A stretch of 64,000 nt of DNA from Syntrophales bacterium (GTDB taxonomy: Bacteria > Desulfobacterota > Syntrophia > Syntrophales > UBA4778), in NCBI GenBank assembly GCA_963665615.2, contig CAXXQE010000007.1, positions 310,001-374,000 on the forward strand, written 5' to 3'. The notes under the pieces are model-generated. The model worked only from the letters and a program-made list of their open reading frames with translations, did not search any database and was not told the origin of the DNA. A program made the position numbers and the translations under genes. Below, in pieces: positions 51,538-59,812 of this stretch (its first letter is position 1; each line of letters starts with the position of its first letter).

Positions 51538-53907
51538 TCACTTCCCCCTATCCAGTTCCCCCCGGACTGCCTGCCCTAGATTGACGAGGGTATAGGGTTT
51601 CTTAAGATAGGCGCCGGCGCCGAGTTTCATGGCTTCGCGGACACGCTCGGTCTCTGAATAACCACTTGCGATAACAGCCTTCTGGCCGGGCCTCACTTCA
51701 ACGACGCGCCGATAGGTCTCCATCCCGTCGATGCCGGGCTCCATAATCATATCGAGGAGAAGGAGATCAACCTCCGCTGTTTTGATATACTCAACGGCGG
51801 CCTCACCGGAACAAACCGATTCAACCTGGTAGCCCAGGGTCGTCAGCATCTGCGTCGCAATGACACGCTGTTCCTCGACATCGTCCACAATCAGGATTTT
51901 CTCACCTTTTCCGACATACTCACTGAGAGACGGCTGCTCCGCATGAAAATGAGCCTGCTCCCGCGTTACCGGAAAATACAGCGTAAAGGTGGCCCCCTGC
52001 CCGACATCGCTTTTCACATCGATATAACCGCGATGATCCTTAACCGTTCCCCATACCACCGCCATCCCCAAGCCGGTGCCACTGCGCCCCATGACCTTTT
52101 TCGTGTAGAAGGGCTCAAAGATGCGATCAATATCTTCAGCGGAAATGCCGATACCGGTGTCCTGGACCGTAAGCACGGCATAGTCCCCCTCTTCTATTTC
52201 ATCATATCCCCTTAGAGGTTCATCTAAATACCGGCTGGAAGTCGTGATACGAACGGTCCCGCCTTTTGGCATGGCCTCGGCGGCGTTGGAAACGAGGTTC
52301 ATGACCGTCTTGGTCAGATGGACGCCGGAACCGATAATATTGAGGAGCTGCTCGTCGAGAACAGTTTTCACTTGGACGTTCTCATGGAAACTCAACATCT
52401 TCGCGAATTCAGGACTCTTCAAATATTCGTTGACAATATGATTAAGATTTTGAACTTCTTCATAGACCACCCCGCGCCGCGTCAACGTCAGCAAATCCTG
52501 AACCATCGCGGCCGCACGAAGGCCGGACTGCTTCATGGTTTGAATGGGCTCCCGCAGTGGACTGCCAGACGGAATCTGCAACAGGAGCAGATCGGGATAA
52601 CTGACGATGCCCGAAAGGATATTGTTGAGGTCATGAGCCACGCCCCCCGCCATCGTTCCCAGCAGTTCCATTTTTTGCGCGCGGTGCAACTGCGCTGTGA
52701 GTTGACGCTGCTCCTCCTCAGCATGTTTTCTTTCCGTTAGATCGATGAGCAGACCTCTGATCCCGGCACCACTATCGCTGAGATTGACGGAAGCTGCATG
52801 CAACGCTGCGGGAAAGGTCGTGCCATCCTTCCGACGGGCCAGACACTCTTCCCCTTCGACCTTCTCCCCGTCTATCATCTTCCGCAACCTGAATTCTTCC
52901 TGTGGACTGGACACGATCAGTTGAAAGATACTGATTCCGGCAGCGAACTCCTCTTGAGTGTAACCGAAAAGTCGATAGGCATTGCGATTGTAAAGCGTGA
53001 TAATGCCGCTTGGGTCTGCCTCGAAAACAACCTGCGGCAGCGCATTGGCAAGTTCGCGATAGCGCTCCTCACTGGTCTTGAGGGCCCCTTCCGCTTCGAT
53101 CCTGTCTTCGATTTCCTTCAGGAGCTTTTCATTGACCTGCAACAATTCCCACGTTCTTCTCTCGACAATCGATTCGATCTGCTGGTTCTTCGCAAGCAAT
53201 TTATCTTCGGCCGTCTTCCGGTCCTTGATCTCCTGCTCCAGATCAACGATCAATTCCAGATTCTCATATTTTAGAATCAGGAAGCTGAGAAATTCTTTAT
53301 TGATCCGCCGGGCGCTCAGGAACATGAATAACCAGAACAGGCCGGTTATAACGACCATCCCGCGGTGCAGCGCATCCGTTTTCGACAGAGAATAGATGAT
53401 CAACGGCAATAGCGTCGGAATACTAAACGCATAAAAGGTCTCCATGACCGAGGCGAAGGTGCCGACTGAACCGGCCACCATCCCACAGAGCACCAGCATA
53501 ACGAAGATTTCTTGTACAGGGGAAAGATAAGGAAAAAGCAGAATCGAAACGGACCCCCAAAAACAGCCGGAGGTGAATAACGCCACTAAATATAGACGCT
53601 TGCGACCGGCAACGGTTTTGGTGTTGAGGGGTTTGCTTTTGTTGATGAAGTGATTAACGCCCCGGATGGCGCTGACGAGAAACATAACGAGCCACCAGGC
53701 TGCGACTCGCTCCTCGGGGACATAGGGGATAAACGACACCGCCAGGATGCTTGCAATGATAAACGTCGCCGCCATCCCCACCAGGGTTTGGCTGGCCAGC
53801 CGTTCTATCTGGTCGATGAGAATTTTCTGATCAAGCGAGTTCTTTTTAAAACCGCGACGGAACATCTTCGCGACAAATCTCGATCCCCAGGGAAGATCTT
53901 TGGACAT
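51538..53907 (-). CDS. Membrane-bound hybrid histidine kinase (TM-PAS-HisKA-HATPase-REC)
   Basis: ~6 TM helices, AGGVAHDLNNIL, NLVSNAAEA, GRSGTGLG, ILIVDD...LLDMIM. Confidence 0.93.
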   Translation of the reverse strand: MSKDLPWGSRFVAKMFRRGFKKNSLDQKILIDQIERLASQTLVGMAATFIIASILAVSFIPYVPEERVAAWWLVMFLVSAIRGVNHFINKSKPLNTKTVAGRKRLYLVALFTSGCFWGSVSILLFPYLSPVQEIFVMLVLCGMVAGSVGTFASVMETFYAFSIPTLLPLIIYSLSKTDALHRGMVVITGLFWLFMFLSARRINKEFLSFLILKYENLELIVDLEQEIKDRKTAEDKLLAKNQQIESIVERRTWELLQVNEKLLKEIEDRIEAEGALKTSEERYRELANALPQVVFEADPSGIITLYNRNAYRLFGYTQEEFAAGISIFQLIVSSPQEEFRLRKMIDGEKVEGEECLARRKDGTTFPAALHAASVNLSDSGAGIRGLLIDLTERKHAEEEQRQLTAQLHRAQKMELLGTMAGGVAHDLNNILSGIVSYPDLLLLQIPSGSPLREPIQTMKQSGLRAAAMVQDLLTLTRRGVVYEEVQNLNHIVNEYLKSPEFAKMLSFHENVQVKTVLDEQLLNIIGSGVHLTKTVMNLVSNAAEAMPKGGTVRITTSSRYLDEPLRGYDEIEEGDYAVLTVQDTGIGISAEDIDRIFEPFYTKKVMGRSGTGLGMAVVWGTVKDHRGYIDVKSDVGQGATFTLYFPVTREQAHFHAEQPSLSEYVGKGEKILIVDDVEEQRVIATQMLTTLGYQVESVCSGEAAVEYIKTAEVDLLLLDMIMEPGIDGMETYRRVVEVRPGQKAVIASGYSETERVREAMKLGAGAYLKKPYTLVNLGQAVRGELDRGK

Positions 53908-54036
53908 GCTTCGCTCGCTTTCCCGGAAGCCAGCCGACCCACCCGCTGTTGCCGCCGGATTGAATCCAATCTCCCATCCGTTGACACCCCCAAACGGACG
54001 CACCTGATTTTAATCGGCATTCTGTTCGGAAGCTTT

Positions 54037-54075
54037 AAAGAAAAAGCGCGGCCGTCCGTCGCAGGACGAACGGCC
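54037..54075 (-). terminator. Putative terminator of the transporter/ligase operon
   Basis: GGCCGTTCGTC-CTGC-GACGGACGGCC followed by GCGCTTTTTCTTT. Confidence 0.55.
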
Positions 54076-54096
54076 TGGGGCATCCTGTAAGGAATA

Positions 54097-54510
54097 TTAC
54101 TTCAGAAGCATCACTTCGCCTTCACCGACAATGACCACAGTACCGTCCTGATTCGTGAGCGTCGATCCGATCTTGCATCGCCGGCGCTCCGGCTCCATGG
54201 CCGTAATCGTAGAAGTGACCGTGACCGTATCGCCCAGTCCTACCGGCGCCTTGAACTGGATACTCTGAGAAATATGAACCGCGCCCAGCCCCAACAGATC
54301 GGTCAGCGTGTAATCGATGAGACTGGCGGTCAGCATCCCGTGGGCGAGACGCTTGCCAAAACGCGTTCCCTTGGCATAGGTTTCACTGACATGCAGGGGA
54401 TTGAAATCGCCACAGATCCCCGCAAAGGCGAAAATTTCCACTTCGCCGATCGTCTTCTGAAAGATCGATTGATCCCCGACCTTTAAATCTTCGTAATTCT
54501 TCTTCTGCAT
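54097..54510 (-). CDS. MaoC/PhaJ-family hot-dog fold hydratase
   Basis: GDFNPLH, FGKRLAHGMLTASL, FKAPVGLGDT; GGAGG RBS. Confidence 0.92.
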   Translation of the reverse strand: MQKKNYEDLKVGDQSIFQKTIGEVEIFAFAGICGDFNPLHVSETYAKGTRFGKRLAHGMLTASLIDYTLTDLLGLGAVHISQSIQFKAPVGLGDTVTVTSTITAMEPERRRCKIGSTLTNQDGTVVIVGEGEVMLLK

Positions 54511-54688
54511 GTTTAAGCCTCCCTTAAATTCAACGGCACAGCGGCACGTCGTTGTTGTTTTATTGTTCCGGCAATCAAATTGATTAAAATCCTGTGCGCA
54601 GCGCATTTCATTATTTCATCGCCGCGAAAAACTATACCTTGATGCTCGTCCTTCGGCAACGGATAATCCCCTTTTGCGGAATGCCCCG

Positions 54689-55942
54689 TTACCGCCATTG
54701 CCTGTCGTCCACCAGCGCCTTTTCATCCCGAAGGGCGCCCTGAGGTATGATCTCGATTCGATCGACCCTCAGATTGCAGATTTCCCGGAAGACATGTCCG
54801 ACACGAGCCATGAGATCGACCTGCGCCTCTCCCGTTTTGTCCGACTCGATCCGCACTGTCAAGAAATCACGATCCAAAACCTGACCGACACGAGCCTGAA
54901 GGACAATGTCGTCGAAGCGTTTTCGAACGGCCATGAGTTGACTGGGCGCCAGAAACATCCCACGAACCTTGATCGCATCGCCGACCCGTCCGAAGATACC
55001 CGCCATTTTCAGAGCAGTCCGGCCGCAGGCGCAGGGCTCTGCCACCAGCCGTGAGAGATCCCCGGTGCCGAAACGCAGCAGAAAGAAGATCGGGTTGAAA
55101 CGCGTGACCACAACCTCTCCCATTTCGCCGTCCGGCATCCGCTGCCCCGTTTGCGGATCGACAATTTCCACAAACACCTCCTCGCAGAGGTGCCATCCTT
55201 TCTTTTCACTGCATTCGTAAGCGATATCGCCGACCTCGGTCGCTCCATACATCTGGAAAGTATCAATTCGGTAATGCTGCTCAAAACGTTCGCGCTGCGC
55301 GGGAAAGAGCGGTTCCGCTCCGAAGCAGGCCCGCTTGATCTGCCCGGAAGCCGGAAAGGCGTACCCGAGTTCCTCGCCTTTCTGGAGAATCGCCATGAGA
55401 AAGCTCGGCGTACCGGTATAGCCCGTAATTTTGAGATCACGAATCAGATCCGCCTGCGCCTGTGTGCCGGAGCTCCCGGACGGGACCACCGTTGCGCCGA
55501 CCTGCCTCAGACCGCTGTGAAACGTCAAGCCCGCCGCGACCATGTGATAAGAAAAAGCATTGAGAACGACATCGCCCTTTCCGAAACCGGCGGCGTGATA
55601 CGCCCGCGCCCAGAGGGGATCGGCCTCGGACAGATGCGGCTCATACACCGGTCCCGGCGAGATGAAGATTCGGTCGATTTCGGCGTCGGGCGCGCAAAAA
55701 CCGCCGTAGGGCGGTTCTTCAAGTTCATACTCGATCAGTTTTTCCCTCGAGATGACCGGCAGCCTCTGAAAATCGTCCAGCGTCCCGATATCGGCCGGAG
55801 CGCAACCGATTTGGTCCATCATCGCCCGCACGCGCGACGACTTCTCATAACCCAGCCGCACCATCTCCCGGATCTTCTCCGTCTGCCGCGCCACCCGCTC
55901 ATCGGATGACACCCGCTCAAGGCCAAAAAAATCCCTTTTCAT
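54689..55942 (-). CDS. PaaK-like aryl/acyl-CoA ligase
   Basis: IFISPGPVYEP, AFSYHM, YTGTPSFL, YGATE, RFGTGDLS, KVRGMF. Confidence 0.88.
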   Translation of the reverse strand: MKRDFFGLERVSSDERVARQTEKIREMVRLGYEKSSRVRAMMDQIGCAPADIGTLDDFQRLPVISREKLIEYELEEPPYGGFCAPDAEIDRIFISPGPVYEPHLSEADPLWARAYHAAGFGKGDVVLNAFSYHMVAAGLTFHSGLRQVGATVVPSGSSGTQAQADLIRDLKITGYTGTPSFLMAILQKGEELGYAFPASGQIKRACFGAEPLFPAQRERFEQHYRIDTFQMYGATEVGDIAYECSEKKGWHLCEEVFVEIVDPQTGQRMPDGEMGEVVVTRFNPIFFLLRFGTGDLSRLVAEPCACGRTALKMAGIFGRVGDAIKVRGMFLAPSQLMAVRKRFDDIVLQARVGQVLDRDFLTVRIESDKTGEAQVDLMARVGHVFREICNLRVDRIEIIPQGALRDEKALVDDRQWR

Positions 55943-56005
55943 TTTATTCTCTCCAGAAATCGTGAATACGTCCTTACCATCTCGCTCTATTCCCGGCAAC
56001 GCCGT

Positions 56006-56131
56006 CCGGCTGTTCAGAAACGGTTAGAGGCAAGGCGTCGCAAGCCACGCGCAGCGGAGCATACTTTATGCGTATGTGAGCATGCGAGTGGTGACGCGCA
56101 ACGCAGCATATGACCGTTTATGGACAGCCGG
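56006..56131. mobile_element. 126-bp MITE-like element
   Basis: 21-bp imperfect TIRs CCGGCTGTTCAGAAACGGTTA / TGACCGTTTATGGACAGCCGG. Confidence 0.8.
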
Positions 56132-56132
56132 A

Positions 56133-56936
56133 TTATAGCCATCGCTTACGTCGCTTATAAGACTTCACATCCTTATACGACTTCACCCGATCCGCCGCCC
56201 CCATGCCCAGGTAAAACTCCTTGACGTCCGGGTTGTTCCGCAACTCTTCCGATGTTCCCTCCATCACGATCTTTCCGTTCTCCATGACGTAACCGTAAGT
56301 GGCAATCTGCAGCGCCATATTGGCGTTCTGCTCGACCAGAACGATCGTGGTTTCCTGCTCCTGGTTGATCTTTGTAATGATCCGAAAGATCTCCTCAACC
56401 ACCAATGGCGCCAGGCCGAGGGACGGCTCGTCAAGCAGCAGGAGTTTCGGATGCGCCATCAGGGCGCGCCCCATGACAATCATTTGCAACTCACCGCCGC
56501 TGCAATAGCCCGCCAATCCCTTGCGCCGCTCGCGAAGCCTCGGGAAATAGGTGTAGACCATCTCCAGGTCTTTCTTATAGGGTTTGCCCCAACGGGTGGC
56601 TGTGCCGACCTTGAGATTTTCCTCGACCGTCAGGTACTTGAAGGGCTGCCTGCCTTCCAGCACCTGAATGATGCCGCGACGCGTGATCTCTTCCGGCGAA
56701 GAATTCTGGATCTTTTTCCCGTCAAAGACGATCTCGCCGTCCGTGACCTTGCCGTTTTCTGTCATGAGAATGCCAGAGATCGCCTTGAGCGTCGTCGTCT
56801 TCCCTGCGCCGTTGCTCCCCAAAAGAGAAACGATCTGCTTTTCACCGACGGCCAGCGAAACCCCGCGCAGAACCTGAATCACGTCAGAGTATACGACACT
56901 GATATTGTTCAATTGTAAGAGAATGTTACTGTCCAT
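56133..56936 (-). CDS. Liv-type ABC transporter ATPase (LivF-like)
   Basis: GSNGAGKTT, SGGE, LDEPSLGLAP, VEQNA, C-terminal YKRRKRWL. Confidence 0.93.
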   Translation of the reverse strand: MDSNILLQLNNISVVYSDVIQVLRGVSLAVGEKQIVSLLGSNGAGKTTTLKAISGILMTENGKVTDGEIVFDGKKIQNSSPEEITRRGIIQVLEGRQPFKYLTVEENLKVGTATRWGKPYKKDLEMVYTYFPRLRERRKGLAGYCSGGELQMIVMGRALMAHPKLLLLDEPSLGLAPLVVEEIFRIITKINQEQETTIVLVEQNANMALQIATYGYVMENGKIVMEGTSEELRNNPDVKEFYLGMGAADRVKSYKDVKSYKRRKRWL

Positions 56937-56967
56937 ATTCCCTGCTTTAATTGGACTGTATTATTGT

Positions 56968-57168
56968 CGTTACGAGTGACAAGTGACGAGTAACAAGTAA
57001 CAAGAAACAAGAAAAAACTCAAAAACCACCGCCCCGCCGCACCTGTCATTCCCGTGAAAACGGGAATCCAGTCTATTCGTATCTCAAATGATTCATGCGT
57101 CTGCGGGAATGACAGACCCTGGTTCCGGTTCTTTTTCCCTATTTACTGTTTACTATTCACTGTTCACT
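56968..57168. repeat. Two inward-facing heptamer arrays enclosing a GTCATTCCCG...CGGGAATGAC palindrome (57043-57115)
   Basis: AGTGACA AGTGACG AGTAACA AGTAACA AGAAACA (+) and AGTGAAC AGTGAAT AGTAAAC AGTAAAT (-). Confidence 0.85.
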
Positions 57169-58237
57169 AATAGGAGAACGGCCAAAGCTTAAAGTTCGAC
57201 CGTACTATCCGCCAAATCTCCGCCAGCCCCTTCGGCTCGAACAAGATAAAGAGCACAATCGCCAACCCAAAGACGAGTTCCTTGAGCGGCGCAATCGTCA
57301 ACTGCATACCGCCGGCGCCGCCCATGTTCATCAGGACGTCCGTCAGCAGCCTTAATCCCTCATTGAGCAGCGTGATGAAGATGGCGCCGTAGACCGCTCC
57401 GGAGATGCTCCCCAGGCCGCCAATGATAACCATGGCGATATACTCTACGGACAGTCCCAGGGTGAAGGGCTCGGCGGTGATGCTGATCATGTAAAAGGCC
57501 CAGAGCGATCCTGCAATGCCGGCATAGAAGGAGCTGATCCCGAAGGACAGGAGTTTGTATCGGAAGATCGGAATCCCCATGCCTTCGGCTGCACGGTCAT
57601 TGTCACGTATGGCGATGAAGGCGCGACCGAAGCGCGTCCGCATCAGATTCACCGCCCCCCAGATCATAACGGCCAGGCAGATAAAGGCGACAAAGAAAAA
57701 CGTCCGGTCCCCGCGTACGGAGTATCCGAAGAGCGTCGGCTCCGGCAGGTTGATTCCCATTGTGCCCTGCGTGACCGATTCCCAGTGCACCAGCACATAC
57801 TCGATGATGAACTGACCGGCCAGCGTTGCGATCGTGAGATATAGACCCTTGAGACGTCCAGAAGGAATGCCAAAGATCATGCCGACAAGGGCCGTCATGA
57901 CACCGGCGCCCGGAACCGCCAGATAAAAGGGCAACCCGCATCGCGTCGCCAGAACCGCGCCGGCGTAAGCCCCCACGCCGAAGAAGGCGCCATGGCCCAG
58001 CGAGATAAGTCCCGTAAAACCGATCAGGATATTGAGCCCTACTGCAGCGATCGCGGCAATCGCGATCATGTTGAGGATGTAGAGCATGTAGGGGCTCGTG
58101 ATCCAGGGCAGGACACCGAACAGCAGCGCCAGTCCCACGAGCGACCAGAGCCGCCCGAAGTCGGTATCGAAAACCGTCAACTCCTGGCTATAGCGCTCCT
58201 TAAAATTCCCGCAGGGATGAAATTTAAACTTTTTCAT
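57167..58237 (-). CDS. Liv-type ABC permease (LivM-like)
   Basis: GLNILIGFTGLISLGH, GRAFIAIRD, IIGGLGS, FEPKGL. Confidence 0.93.
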   Translation of the reverse strand: MKKFKFHPCGNFKERYSQELTVFDTDFGRLWSLVGLALLFGVLPWITSPYMLYILNMIAIAAIAAVGLNILIGFTGLISLGHGAFFGVGAYAGAVLATRCGLPFYLAVPGAGVMTALVGMIFGIPSGRLKGLYLTIATLAGQFIIEYVLVHWESVTQGTMGINLPEPTLFGYSVRGDRTFFFVAFICLAVMIWGAVNLMRTRFGRAFIAIRDNDRAAEGMGIPIFRYKLLSFGISSFYAGIAGSLWAFYMISITAEPFTLGLSVEYIAMVIIGGLGSISGAVYGAIFITLLNEGLRLLTDVLMNMGGAGGMQLTIAPLKELVFGLAIVLFILFEPKGLAEIWRIVRSNFKLWPFSY

Positions 58238-58264
58238 TTTAACGTCTACACATAGTAATTTCTG

Positions 58265-58560
58265 ACTTAGTCCCGTTTAATCGCCGCGGCACTGCTCTCG
58301 GCATGCAACCCGATGTATTTCCGCCTGTCACTCGTTACTCGTGATGGTCTCGTAAAAAATCGAATAACGTATCAATCATAAAACAAGAGGATGACGGGCT
58401 GGGTCTCGAACGCGAATCAAAGATTTTTCCAGCCCGACGGCATTGGCAATTTGGCGCTGAACATGACGGAAAAAGATTTTTGAGCGGCAGAGAGCCGGCC
58501 CGTCATCCTCATTCCCTGACTTTTTACAAGACCATCACTCGTGACTGCGGCGTTAGCAGC
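58265..58560 (-). repeat. ~100-bp repeat (inverted partner of 59459-59561), interrupted by MITE copy 2
   Basis: GGCACTGCTCTCGGCATGCAACCyGATGTATTTCCGCCTGTCACTCGTTAC shared in opposite orientation. Confidence 0.88.
58343..58536. mobile_element. 194-bp MITE, copy 2
   Basis: Matches 51332-51525 except one A/G seen by eye (51476 vs 58487); ACTCGT on both flanks. Confidence 0.9.
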
Positions 58561-58561
58561 C

Positions 58562-59440
58562 CTATACCCTTTCGATCTCGACCAGTCCGAAGAGTCCGTA
58601 AGGCTTGATCAGAAGAATCACGACCAGCGCCATATACGGAATCACGTCTCTCAAAGAGGTCGAGACATAGCCACCGGTGAAGGTCTCCAGAAGACCGATG
58701 ATAATCCCCGCAATAATGGCGCCGCCGATGCTGTCGAGACCTCCGAGAATAACGACCGGAAAAACCTTGAGACCGATGGAACTCAATTCGTGAACGTTGA
58801 TCCCGTTCATGATCCCGAGCACGATTCCGCTCATGCCCGCCACCAGAGCGGCAATCGCCCAGGACAGCGCAAAGACCCGTTTGACATGCACGCCAAGGGA
58901 CAGTGCCGCGCTCTGGTTGTCGGCGACGGAGCGCATATAGATGCCCTGGTTCGAAAATTTGAAGAAAAATCCGAAGAGCAGCAGAAAGACGATGCCGACG
59001 ATGAAGGCCGCGGAGTAAACCGGGGGAAGGCTTACCGGCCCCCAATTCAGGGCAAGCGACTCGGAGAGAAATTCCGGATAAGTATGCAGGCTGCCGCCCC
59101 AGATCAGGAGCATCGCACCCTTGAAAACCGAGGCCAGACCGACCGTCAGCATGACGACCTCGATCAAGGGTTCGCCGATAAGCGGTCTCAGGAAAAGCCG
59201 CTCGACAATAAATCCAAGAATAAAACTCCCGAGGAGTGTCGCCAGAAAGGCCAGCCAGATCGGCAACTGCGCCCAGGTCACCAGCGCCAGAAAGAAGAAC
59301 GCGCCGAGTGCCAGAAGCTCCCCGTGGGCAAAGTTCAGAACGCTGGAGGATTTGAAGATCATGACGAACCCCATCGCCGAAATGCCGTAGATGAAGCCGA
59401 TGCAGATGCCGTTGACCAGTAGTTGTAAGAAGAAATCCAC
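58562..59440 (-). CDS. Liv-type ABC permease (LivH-like)
   Basis: VLNFAHGE, MRSVADN, ILGGLDS, KPYGLFG; GTG start with GGAG RBS. Confidence 0.93.
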   Translation of the reverse strand: MDFFLQLLVNGICIGFIYGISAMGFVMIFKSSSVLNFAHGELLALGAFFFLALVTWAQLPIWLAFLATLLGSFILGFIVERLFLRPLIGEPLIEVVMLTVGLASVFKGAMLLIWGGSLHTYPEFLSESLALNWGPVSLPPVYSAAFIVGIVFLLLFGFFFKFSNQGIYMRSVADNQSAALSLGVHVKRVFALSWAIAALVAGMSGIVLGIMNGINVHELSSIGLKVFPVVILGGLDSIGGAIIAGIIIGLLETFTGGYVSTSLRDVIPYMALVVILLIKPYGLFGLVEIERV

Positions 59441-59458
59441 GTTCAAACTCCGTTTGCA

Positions 59459-59561
59459 GCGGCTGACGCCGCAGTGACGAGTAACAAGTAACGAGTGACA
59501 GGCGGAAATACATCAGGTTGCATGCCGAGAGCAGTGCCCGGCGATTTGACCGGGACCAAGT
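59459..59561 (+). repeat. ~100-bp repeat, uninterrupted copy
   Basis: Reverse complement of the non-MITE parts of 58265-58560. Confidence 0.88.
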
Positions 59562-59600
59562 TGGTCAACAATGATGCTTTTCCCCTTGCATCCGTGCCCC

Positions 59601-59812
59601 CGCTTTTACTTGTCACTCGTGACCCTTCACTGTTGATGTTCTCGTAAAAAGTCAAATCCGGCGCATCGATTTTGTCCAGCTACCTTGCGCAATCCGCCCG
59701 CCCCACGGACCCGTTATAGCTGCCCGCTTTTACTTGTCACTTGTCACTCGTGACCCGTCACTCTTTACTATTCACTATTTACTCTTTACTATTCACTTCC
59801 CACTATTCACTT
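59601..59812 (-). repeat. Two heptamer arrays (4 and 12 units) plus a solo MITE end at 59635-59653
   Basis: Both arrays end AGTGACA AGTAAAA GCGGG; the 12-unit array starts inside the last codons of the ligase gene. Confidence 0.88.

Noticed and set aside
48913..59812. Repeats as a CRISPR array
   Set aside because: No constant 25-45-bp repeat with regular unique spacers and no cas genes; the units are 7-mers, MITEs or two-copy repeats.
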